38,461 nt of DNA from Nemertoderma westbladi (GCA_032718475.1 JAUCBJ010000016.1:1-38461), one strand, 5' to 3'. Counted from the first letter of the stretch, positions 13,801 through 25,088 are shown. Made by a program: numbers and translations. Notes: generated by a model not told the origin, from the letters alone.

Positions 13801-16800
13801 ATCTTAACACAATCTATTATTTGGTGTATTATATTTGGTTTATATTTTTATCTTAACGCAATCTATTATTTGGTGTATTATATTTGGTTTATATTTTTAT
13901 CTTAACGCAATCTATTATTTGGTGTATTATATTTGGTTTATATTTTTATCTTAACGCAATCTATTATTTGGTGTATTATATTTGGTTTATATTTTAATCT
14001 TAACGCAATCTATTATTTGGTGTATTATATTTGGTTTGTATTTTTATCTTAACGCAATCTATTATTTGGTGTATTATATTTGGTTTGTATTTTTATCTTA
14101 ACGCAATCTATTACTTGGTGTATTATATTTGGTTTGTATTTTTATCTTAACGCAATCTATTATTTGGCGTATTATATTTGGTTTGTATTTTTATCTTAAC
14201 GCAATCTATTATTTGGTGCATTATATTTGGTTTATATTTTTATCTTAACGCAATCTATTATTTGGTGTATTATATTTGGTTTATATTTTTATCTTAACGC
14301 AATCTATTATTTGGTGTATTATATTTGGTTTGTATTTTTATCTTAACGCAATCTATTATTTGGTGTATTATATTCGGTTTGTATTTTTATCTTAACGCAA
14401 TCTATTATTTGGTGTATTATATTTGGTTTATATTTTTATCTTAACGCAATCTATTATTTGGTGTATTATATTTGGTTTGTATTTTTATCTTAACGCAATC
14501 TATTACTTGGTGTATTATATTTGGTTTATATTTTTATCTTAACACAATCTATTACTTGGTGTATTATATTTGGTTTGTATTTTTATCTTAACGCAATCTA
14601 TTATTTGGTGTATTATATTTGGTTTGTATTTTTATCTTAACGCAATCTATTATTTGGCGTATTATATTTGGTTTGTATTTTTATCTTAACGCAATCTATT
14701 ATTTGGCGTATTATATTTGGTTTATATTTTTATCTTAACGCAATCTATTATTTGGTGTATTATATTTGGTTTGTATTTTTATCTTAACGCAATCTATTAT
14801 TTGGTGTATTATATTTGGTTTGTATTTTTATCTTAACGCAATCTATTATTTGGTGTATTATATTTGGTTTGTATTTTTATCTTAACCCAATCTATTATTT
14901 GGTGTATTATATTTGGTTTGTATTTTTAATCTTAACACAATCTATTATTTGGTGTATTATATTTGGTTTGTATTTTTATCTTAACGCAATCTATTATTTG
15001 GCGTATTATATTTGGTTTGTATTTTTATCTTAACGCAATCTATTATTTGGTGTATTATATTTGGTTTGTATTTTTATCTTAACACAATCTATAATTTGGT
15101 GTATTATATTTGGTTTGTATTTTTAATCTTAACACAATCTATTACTTGGTGTATTATATTTGGTTTGTATTTTTATCTTAACACAATCTATTATTTGGTG
15201 TATTATATTTGGTTTGTATTTTTATCTTAACGCAATCTATTATTTGGCGTATTATATTTGGTTTGTATTTTTATCTTAACGCAATCTATTATTTGGTGTA
15301 TTATATTTGGTTTGTATTTTTATCTTAACACAATCTATTATTTGGTGTATTATATTTGGTTTGTATTTTTATCTTAACGCAATCTATTACTTGGTGTATT
15401 ATATTTGGTTTGTATTTTTATCTTAACGCAATCTATTACTTGGTGTATTATATTTGGTTTGTATTTTTATCTTAACGCAATCTATTACTTGGTGTATTAT
15501 ATTTGGTTTATATTTTTATCTTCAACGCAATCTATTATTTGGTGTATTATATTTGGTTTGTATTTTTATCTTAACACAATCTATTATTTGGTGTATTATA
15601 TTTGGTTTATATTTTTATCTTAACGCAATCTATTATTTGGTGTATTATATTTGGTTTATATTTTTATCTTAACGCAATCTATTATTTGGTGTATTATATT
15701 TGGTTTATATTTTTATCTTAACGCAATCTATTATTTGGTGTATTATATTTGGTTTATATTTTTATCTTAACGCAATCTATTATTTGGTGTATTATATTTG
15801 GTTTGTATTTTTATCTTAACGCAATCTATTATTTGGTGTATTATATTTGGTTTGTATTTTTATCTTAACGCAATCTATTACTTGGTGTATTATATTTGGT
15901 TTGTATTTTTATCTTAACGCAATCTATTATTTGGCGTATTATATTTGGTTTGTATTTTTATCTTAACGCAATCTATTATTTGGTGTATTATATTTGGTTT
16001 ATATTTTTATCTTAACGCAATCTATTATTTGGTGTATTATATTTGGTTTATATTTTTATCTTAACGCAATCTATTATTTGGTGTATTATATTTGGTTTGT
16101 ATTTTTATCTTAACGCAATCTATTATTTGGTGTATTATATTCGGTTTGTATTTTTATCTTAACGCAATCTATTATTTGGTGTATTATATTTGGTTTATAT
16201 TTTTATCTTAACGCAATCTATTATTTGGTGTATTATATTTGGTTTGTATTTTTATCTTAACGCAATCTATTACTTGGTGTATTATATTTGGTTTATATTT
16301 TTATCTTAACACAATCTATTACTTGTTGTATTATATTTGGTTTGTATTTTTATCTTAACGCAATCTATTATTTGGTGTATTATATTTGGTTTGTATTTTT
16401 ATCTTAACGCAATCTATTATTTGGCGTATTATATTTGGTTTGTATTTTTATCTTAACGCAATCTATTATTTGGCGTATTATATTTGGTTTATATTTTTAT
16501 CTTAACGCAATCTATTATTTGGTGTATTATATTTGGTTTGTATTTTTATCTTAACGCAATCTATTATTTGGTGTATTATATTTGGTTTGTATTTTTATCT
16601 TAACGCAATCTATTATTTGGTGTATTATATTTGGTTTGTATTTTTATCTTAACACAATCTATTATTTGGTGTATTATATTTGGTTTGTATTTTTAATCTT
16701 AACACAATCTATTATTTGGTGTATTATATTTGGTTTGTATTTTTATCTTAACGCAATCTATTATTTGGCGTATTATATTTGGTTTGTATTTTTATCTTAA

Positions 16801-17564
16801 CGCAATCTATTATTTGGTGTATTATATTTGGTTTGTATTTTTATCTTAACACAATCTATAATTTGGTGTATTATATTTGGTTTGTATTTTTAATCTTAAC
16901 ACAATCTATTACTTGGTGTATTATATTTGGTTTGTATTTTTATCTTAACACAATCTATTATTTGGTGTATTATATTTGGTTTGTATTTTTATCTTAACGC
17001 AATCTATTATTTGGCGTATTATATTTGGTTTGTATTTTTATCTTAACGCAATCTATTATTTGGTGTATTATATTTGGTTTGTATTTTTATCTTAACACAA
17101 TCTATTATTTGGTGTATTATATTTGGTTTATATTTTTATCTTAATGCAATCTATTATTTGGTGTATTATATTTGGTTTGTATTTTTATCTTAACACAATC
17201 TATTATTTGGTGTATTATATTTGGTTTATATTTTTATCTTAACGCAATCTATTACTTGGTGTATTATATTTGGTTTGTATTTTTATCTTAACGCAATCTA
17301 TTATTTGGTGTATTATATTTGGTTTGTATTTTTATCTTAACACAATCTATTATTTGGTGTATTATATTTGGTTTATATTTTTATCTTAACGCAATCTATT
17401 ATTTGGTGTATTATATTTGGTTTATATTTTTATCTTAACGCAATCTATTATTTGGCGTATTATATTTGGTTTGTATTTTTATCTTAACGCAATCTATTAC
17501 TTGGTGTATTATATTTGGTTTGTATTTTTATCTTAACGCAATCTATTATTTGGTGTATTATATT
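1873..17564. repeat. 49-bp tandem satellite, main block (about 320 copies)
   Basis: Consensus TATTATATTTGGTTTGTATTTTTATCTTAACGCAATCTATTATTTGGTG repeated head-to-tail. Variation is confined mostly to a few positions. Confidence 0.99.
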
Positions 17565-18772
17565 GGATAGTACTCTACACGAATCTGGACCGAACTGGAC
17601 CGAACTGAACCGAACTGGATCGAAAGAGAGGCGAACTGAACCGAACTGGACCGCCAAATGAAAGATAATGCAAAAACAACCACCCATGCAGACAAGTGAA
17701 AATAAATATTGAAATAAATATTGTTATTTCATCCATTGTAAATAAAATAGCGTATAAGATGCCGCTAAATTAAGATTACTTCTTCTAACATTTATGTTGC
17801 ACTGCTTTCACCAGTACCGGTACCAGTCCCACATCTGCATGTCTGTAGATTGCAGTATTTTGTGCACCGGCTGACCGGTAGTTCAAAAATTGTGTTCAAT
17901 GACATGTAGAGAAACCTACCACATAATACTGCAATATACTGATATACATACGTAACATTATTATCTTTACCATCTTTATTTTTTAAAATTAAACTTTTTA
18001 TTATAATTCATGTTTTGTAGTCTGGGCGACCGCCCACCATATTCGCCAACCGTATTTCCCGATAGGCCTAGTTGCTCCGGACTACCGCCACTACTTGGAC
18101 TTGAGTTGCAAATAAAGTTTATTAATTCCTTGGTACTTCGGCTACCGGTACCGTCTGTCATTGCTGCATTGTTCAATATCCGTTACATTGCATTAAACAT
18201 AATTTGGCCCTTAACCAAACAAGCAGAAATTCAAATAAGTAGGCCTACCGGCAACCGGTACTGAATTACTCCAAACAGTATTTAGGTCTAGGCTGCTAGG
18301 TGCAGAGATACTACTGTACTACAGTACTAAGCTGCTAAGTGAGCTTAATTTTAAAAAATAAAGATGGTAAAGATAATAATGTTACGTATGTATATCATTA
18401 TATTGCAGTATTATGTGGTAGGTCTCTCTACATGTCATTGAACACAACTTTTGAAATACCGGTCAGCCGGTGCACAAAATACTGCAATCTACAGACATGC
18501 AGATGTGGGACTGGTACCGGTACTGGTGAAAGCAGTGCAACATCAATGTTAAAAGAAGTAATCTTAATTTAGCGGCATCTTATACGCTATTTTATTTACA
18601 ATGGATGAAATAATAATATTTATTTCAATATTTATTTTCACTTGTCTGCATGGGTGGTTGTTTTTGCATTATCTTTCATTTGGCGGTCCAGTTCGGTCCA
18701 GTTCGCCTCTCTTTCGATCCAGTTCGGTTCAGTTCGGTCCAGTTAGGTCCAGATTCGTGTAGAGTACTATCC
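17565..18772. mobile_element. Non-autonomous foldback / Mutator-like (MULE) element inserted in the satellite
   Basis: Inverted arms 17565-17992 and 18345-18772 (428 bp each, few substitutions). Termini GGATAGTACTCTACACG..CGTGTAGAGTACTATCC. 9-bp TSD TATTATATT at 17556-17564 and 18773-18781. Subterminal 10-bp repeats CCGAACTG(G/A)A. Confidence 0.9.
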
Positions 18773-19792
18773 TATTATATTTGGTTTGTATTTTTATCTT
18801 AACGCAATCTATTACTTGGTGTATTATATTTGGTTTGTATTTTTATCTTAACGCAATCTATTATTTGGTGTATTATATTTGGTTTGTATTTTTATCTTAA
18901 CGCAATCTATTATTTGGTGTATTATATTTGGTTTGTATTTTTATCTTAACGCAATCTATTATTTGGTGTATTATATTTGGTTTATATTTTTATCTTAACG
19001 CAATCTATTATTTGGTGTATTATATTTGGTTTGTATTTTTATCTTAACGCAATCTATTATTTGGTGTATTATATTTGGTTTGTATTTTTATCTTAACGCA
19101 ATCTATTATTTGGTGTATTATATTTGGTTTGTATTTTTATCTTAACGCAATCTATTATTTGGTGTATTATATTTGGTTTGTATTTTTATCTTAACACAAT
19201 CTATTATTTGGTGTATTATATTTGGTTTGTATTTTTATCTTAACACAATCTATTATTTGGTGTATTATATTTGGTTTGTATTTTTATCTTAACGCAATCT
19301 ATTATTTGGTGTATTATATTTGGTTTGTATTTTTATCTTAACACAATCTATTATTTGGCGTATTATATTTGGTTTGTATTTTTATCTTAACGCAATCTAT
19401 TATTTGGCGTATTATATTTGGTTTGTATTTTTATCTTAACGCAATCTATTATTTGGTGTATTATATTTGGTTTATATTTTTATCTTAACACAATCTATTA
19501 TTTGGCGTATTATATTTTGTTTGTATTTTTATCTTAACGCAATCTATTATTTGGTGTATTATATTTGGTTTGTATTTTTATCTTAACGCAATCTATTATT
19601 TGGCGTATTATATTTGGTTTGTATTTTTATCTTAACGCAATCTATTATTTGGCGTATTATATTTGGTTTGTATTTTTATCTTAACGCAATCTATTATTTG
19701 GCGTATTATATTTGGTTTGTATTTTTATCTTAACGCAATCTATTATTTGGTGTATTATTTTGGCTTATAATTTATTTTAACGCACTCTATTA
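18773..19792. repeat. 49-bp tandem satellite, right block (about 20 copies)
   Basis: The same unit resumes in register after the TSD and ends in a divergent unit (GGCTTATAATTTATTTTAACGCACTCTATTA). Confidence 0.98.
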
Positions 19793-19937
19793 TTTTTTTT
19801 TACTTGATATTAATTATATTAATTATTTGTAATTACAATATTAATTAATTATATATAAAATTATAATATAATAATATCAGACATTGATGAAGTAAGAGTA
19901 AGGACAAGTTAGATGATACCGGTAATTACTATTGATT

Positions 19938-20830
19938 CTAATTAAATTTAAGAAAGTTATAGTTGGAAGAAGAATGGATGGAGATGGAGAATCCCAAAGA
20001 AGGCGACTCAACCCTGTTTAAAAGCTCCCTGCAAGGTTGATGCCGCATAGGCCCACGCCGTCGCCGAACCCCAATCCACGCCATGGTCGTCGACCGCCGC
20101 ACAGGCAGAGCAAGCTGGATCGAAGGAGCGTAAAAAGAAGCCTCCGCAGAATACCACCCAGTACACAAGCGAGACCCCTCTCTCGCATTCCGTCCCGCCT
20201 TACCACTAGGGACTCGGCGAGATGGCGGAGCAGGATCTGGGTCTCGAGGCACCAAACACCATCGGTTGTACCGTCCAGTGGAGTGAACTCCATCCTCCGT
20301 TCCTCGCAGATAGACCGGTAGTGATTCTTCTTGAAGCGGCAATGCCGCAACGCGCCTCAAGCAGCGAATCTGTCGAGCGGTTGGTCTGGGCGTAAGAGGT
20401 GGCATAACAGCAATGTCAAACGAAGCATCTCTCTGATTGGCCCAGACCCTGCGAGCTACCAGGTCTGCACGCACTCCCCCTACCTCGCGACCCTCCCGGT
20501 CCAGGTGACCACGAGAAAGAGTCACCTCTCGCTCGACACTGGATGGTCCTACCACCTCTGCCAGGAGGTATCCGAAAACTTCGCGGACCTCGTTGTGCCG
20601 CTTTATTATGAGTCCGCCGGACTTACAGCTAAGCGCATGCGATGTTGAGAACGCACTCCCGCACCCTTCGCACCTAGCTGGAAGACCCGGCGGGGTTAGG
20701 CCGTAACGTAGAGCCAGACCATCGCGAAACTCATCAGGGCTCAAGTCGGTGTGGTCTAGGATGGATGGTTGAGCTGTTATCCAACCCCCAATCTTATTGG
20801 ACACGGCACGTTCAACAGCTTTTTTGCGGC
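19938..20830 (-). mobile_element. 3' relic of a CRE-clade non-LTR retrotransposon (CCHC knuckle plus restriction-like endonuclease), frameshifted
   Basis: LSPDEFRDGLALRYG, CEGCG..HALSC, RHNEVRE, ERE, RADL..W..FDIAV in ORF 19938-20804. It continues in another frame (20018-20350) as KKNHY..C..FTPL..TTDG..E..LLRHLAE..LLRSSLLCL.GGR, the characteristic CRE C-terminus. Confidence 0.85.
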
Positions 20831-21179
20831 CACTAGACCACTACAAAAACTGATGCGACAGAGCGAGGTGCCGTTAGCCTAACATTTCTTGGCGACTGGT
20901 CCGATAACACTCAACGCATTGTTTGGTTGGACATTGACATTACCGGTATAGCATTACAGTGTACATTATTACATACTGATTAGTATGGATTGAGAAATTG
21001 GATATATTTGGACGTCAATGGATGGATAGGTTTGGTTTGAGAAACTAATATCACGTAGGCCTACCTAATCATATCTTTGCGTTAATTATTTTATTAACGG
21101 GGGGAACTCAGCTGAGCGTGCTGAGGGGGGGGGAGCGCATTAAAAACTCTAAGTATCGCCACCTACTGACCTAATGGAC

Positions 21180-21385
21180 CGGGCCATTTCTTTCGCATCA
21201 TGGCCTTTGAGACCTTTGGCCGCCCTGGTCCAGAGACATCCACCTTCCTCCGGGAGATCGGGGCTCGTCTCCACAGTGCCACCCACGAACCGCGGTCACA
21301 GCAGTTTCTGCTCCAGCGCCTGGCTGCCTGGAGATGTCAATTTTGGTTGGTATTGCAGCCTCAGTCGTGGGGACAGCAACCACGC
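21180..21385 (+). mobile_element. Short 3' fragment of a second CRE-type RLE retrotransposon subfamily
   Basis: GHFFRIMAFETFGRPGPETSTFLREIGARLHSATHEPRSQQFLLQRL, then frameshifted GIAASVVGT. This matches the ETxG..FL.ELG.RL...EPR..FL.QRLS..QRGNAASVLGT pattern. Confidence 0.75.
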
Positions 21386-22232
21386 AGCCACGCCGACCAT
21401 CGGTCTATTCGGGCACTGAAGAGCCGAAACTGGAAACCAATCGAAACTGTCGAAATGGTTGCCAATGGAGTCACCAACGGGATGACGGCCGAAGATATTC
21501 AATACTCTATCTTGTGCAATCTCAAATATTCATGCAATCTCAAATATTCAATGTTCGATCCCTAGATAGGGCAGTACTGTTTGGGCAGTGCTTTAAATGC
21601 TGCAGCCTAGCCCAACCCCGGCTTTCATCCTTCAGTGGTCGATTGGGAACCAAGGCAACTTCAGAACTTGGGAAACAGAGTGGAAGAAGGGTTTACTGTG
21701 GAAGATCACCCATGGTGGTGAACAGGCATTCCTTGGCTTAACGAGCCTAAAAGATTCTCCCATTAAAATATTCAATTCGGTACTGTACCCTCAATTCAAT
21801 ATTCAATCTTAGTATTATGTCTGTGCTTCGTTATTTAATAATGTGATTAGATAAAAAAATAAATTAATGAAATATAATTCATTTGTTAATTATTACAAAA
21901 AAAAATCCAATATTATTTATATAGTTTTGAATTAAATGTTTCGAAATCAACAGTCATTCAATGAACTTATACAGCAGTGTCATATATCGCTTATCCCTTG
22001 GTTTAATCTTAATCACTATTCTTTATTCAAGTATAACTGAATCCTGGCCCGCCGCCTTCACCCTCCACTGATAATTTAAAATCGTAACTCATTCAATCTT
22101 TGACTAAATTATACCAAACTTGGTAAACATGTAATCTTTGTCTATCGGCTAAAATAAACACAACTTGCTAAAGTTTCCCCTATAATGTTTTTTCCTATAG
22201 AACAGGATGCAGTTTTATTTTAGTAGTAAACA

Positions 22233-22299
22233 AGCTGTTATTTGCGTCGATTTTCACCTGGAGAGGGAAGAATATTGATTGCCCCCCCCCCCCCCCCCC
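22233..22299 (-). repeat. Fragment of the same MITE family as 361-560
   Basis: The reverse complement GCAATCAATATTCTTCCCTCTCCAGGTGAAAATCGACGCAAATAACAGC aligns to 396-444, and both copies abut a G/C homopolymer. Confidence 0.6.
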
Positions 22300-22516
22300 G
22301 CCCTACCTGCAGTTAAGTGAAAATATTTCGGCACCATTTAATTGTATTATCACGGTCGCGCATCAAGTAGTCTGTCAAAAGATACAATTCATTATAAACA
22401 TAACAAAATTAATTATAATAATTCTAAAAATATAAGGCAGATTTTCCTAAAGTTAGCTCTTTAGTTAAGATTAAAATATATTATTAGGAATTCGAAGAAA
22501 GCAAATTGTATTGAGT

Positions 22517-23012
22517 TTAGTATTGGGAAGTTAATCTCACAAACCAGTCTAGTCTAACTTTACAGTAGCCTTGTTCGCATTGTTCCAGGTTTAGGCCAAT
22601 AGATTCCACCGTCTTCGTTCCAGGTTTAATACTGTAATAGACTCCGTTATCCGTCTCGATCGCTTCGCTATGCACATTCTTACTGGGTTTAATAAACTCC
22701 ATCGCCTTCCTGTCGTTCTCTGTTTTGTAGATTACTTCGCCATCGTCTGATCGCTTTGGTTGCGTGTTTAATACTGTAATAGACTCCGTCGCCATCGCAT
22801 CGTTCTGGATACATTGAATAGACTCCATTGTCTATCGCGATTGTTTCATTGTTTACGTGTAATTGACTGTGACTCCGTCGCCTCCTCGGATTAGGAATCC
22901 GGCCGGGTTTTGTAGATTCCGCCATCGTTCAGCAGTTCAGTGTTTTTAATCAAATCCAGAATTCCGGCACCGGCACCACGATCAACGATTTCGGAAGTAA
23001 CAAACTCCGTCA
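22517..23012 (-). pseudogene. Frameshifted coding-like relic with repeated D-(N/G)-G-(V/I)-Y motifs
   Basis: About nine degenerate units in shifting frames: DGVCY, DGGIYKT, GDGV, DNGVYSM, DGVYYSIK, DGEVIYKT, GDGVY, TDNGVYYSIKPG, DGGIYW. TTTAATACTGTAATAGACTCCGT occurs twice exactly. Confidence 0.35.
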
Positions 23013-23086
23013 ACAACACTCGTTTTTTTTTAAAATACATCTATCAGGCAACTTGTAACTGGGCGATCATCTATCAGTCTATCTGA

Positions 23087-25088
23087 TAGTTGAAAAAGAC
23101 TGTCTGACAGTTGGTATCAGACGTCTCTGTCTTCAATCAGAGCCTTGATAAAGAGAGGAGTCCCGCAGGGAGGATTGCTGTCTATCCTGCTATTCTTAAT
23201 ATATGTTAACGATCTTGATATGGCCATAGAGAGTCCCGCAAAAGAAGTTGAAGCAACTAGTAGTAGTAATACTAATCTACAGGTCTTACCATCTTGTATA
23301 TCTCTGAAGCTGGCAGACGACTCGAATATATTGACTTCTGGTGATAATGTGGCTACAATATCTGATACGCTGTCAAAGACACTAAGCAACATATTCGACT
23401 GGGCGACCGACAACAGACTGAGTTTGAACTTTGACAAGACTAAATCAATTTTATTTGGGACACATCAACGTCTAGTCGACAACTGTGAATTGAAAGTATT
23501 TTGTAATGGGATCCACATAGAACAGCAAAAATCTATTAAATACTTGGGTTGTTATTTAGACGCTGACCTTTCTGGAGATACCATGGCATCGCATGTGATT
23601 ACAAAGGGGAACAAGACACTGAAATTTATTTACAGACATGGGGCAGTTTTAGACGGCTATACACGTCGTCTTCTATGTAACGCTCTCATACAACCCCACT
23701 TGGATTTCGTTTCCTCCTGTTGGTATCCAAGTGCTTCTAAACGGCTACAGCTGCAACTACAAGCACTGCAAAGAAAATGTATTCGTTTTTGTCTAGGTCT
23801 CGGAAGTAGAACGCACATTGGTCAAGAGCATTACAATGAAATCTCATGGCTTCCGATAGAATCTCGCATCGATCAGCTAACAGCCAATCATATGTATCGT
23901 ATCACACAGTCGCTATCTCCCTCGTATCTCTCATCATTGGTCCAGTTCAACTCTGTATCGGTTAATCTCAGACATGGATGTACTCGCGCTGTTGTTCCCT
24001 TGCGACGAACTATAACAGGAAGTGAATGCTTCTCGTTTCTAGGGCCGATAATATGGAACTCGCTACCATTGGATGTAAGAAACTCTGTCTCCCTGCAAAC
24101 GTTCAAACACAAAGTCAAGAATTACTTACTCGGCAAACTGGCAATGAAGGATAACTCGATTTGGAATTAATAAATTTGCAAGTTATGGCTTGGGGAGGGG
24201 GGGATTAACATAACTCTTAATTATTTTTTGCGTTAAATTTCAGTTGTAATTATATATTTGCTCTATTTGCTGCTTTATTTCATTTTATTTTTTAAATTAC
24301 ATACTACGGTCTACCATATTTTAATCCGTAATGTTTTATTACGTCATAACTATTGTTTTTTTTTCTTATTTTCTTTTTACCTAAGTTTTACATATCTCGA
24401 TTTTACGACCTATTCGAGCTGCTTTATTTTTAAATTACGGTCTACCATACTTTATTCCTTGTGTGTGTATCTCTGTACTTCATAACTATTGCTATATTTA
24501 CTGCCTATGATTTACATAACTCGATTTTATGACATATTTGCTGCTTTATTTTTAAATTCTTTCTGTTATATTTTTAAATTTTTAACTGAACTACGGTCTA
24601 CCAGATTTTAATTATTTGCTCTGTTATATTTCTATCTGCACCAGAACTTATATTTTTTATTTTTTTTATTTTTTTAAATTATGTACTATGTCTTCCATAT
24701 TTTATTTCTTTGTGTCAGTCGGAACATCATAAATATTGCTATATCTATAACTTAATTTTTTAGTGTTTTCCATATTTCGAATTGCTGTTATATATTTTTT
24801 TAATTACGTAGGTACTGTACTATGGTCTACCATATTTTATTTAGTTGCATGTTGAACTGCACGTGATTCCTGTTTAATTCCGTTTAATTTAAAGGGACCT
24901 CCATGGAAACGAGGTATAACCTCATGGGGCTATCCCTAACATTGTACTGTACTATAATTTAATATTATGTTGGTTGCATTATTTTTAAAACAGACAATCT
25001 CCATATACCGGTTTTTAATATGCTGTTTGCTGTTTATGTTATGTTATTGTTATGTACGATGTTAATAAAAAACTTCAACTTCAACTTC
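23087..25088 (+). mobile_element. 5'-truncated LINE of the CR1/L2 group (Crack/Daphne-like); partial RT ORF 23145-24170
   Basis: GVPQG, LFLIYVNDL, LADD, NRLSLNFDKTK, KYLG, IQPHLDF, IWNSLP motifs. The roughly 900-bp 3' UTR ends AATAAA plus (ACTTCA)n. Candidate TSD CTATCTGA at 23079-23086 and 25091-25098. Confidence 0.88.

Noticed and set aside
6438-16997. Hydrophobic 72-88 aa ORFs in the ORF track (MVCIFILTQSIIW...)
   Set aside because: They are translations of the satellite starting at TTG. They exceed the normal 147-nt stop spacing only where single-base indels skip the TAA.
18339-18612. Protease-like fragment (HYIAV; ASYTLFYLQWMK*) in the foldback arm
   Set aside because: The resemblance to a ubiquitin-protease C-terminus rests on a few residues in different frames, and the sequence is part of the TIR.
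1873-19792. CRISPR array or telomeric repeat
   Set aside because: Monomers are contiguous with no unique spacers and no cas genes. The 49-bp unit is internal, interrupted by transposons and flanked by ordinary DNA on both sides.
20037-20648. Plus-strand ORFs of 94 and 105 aa
   Set aside because: Antisense shadows of the GC-rich CRE relic.
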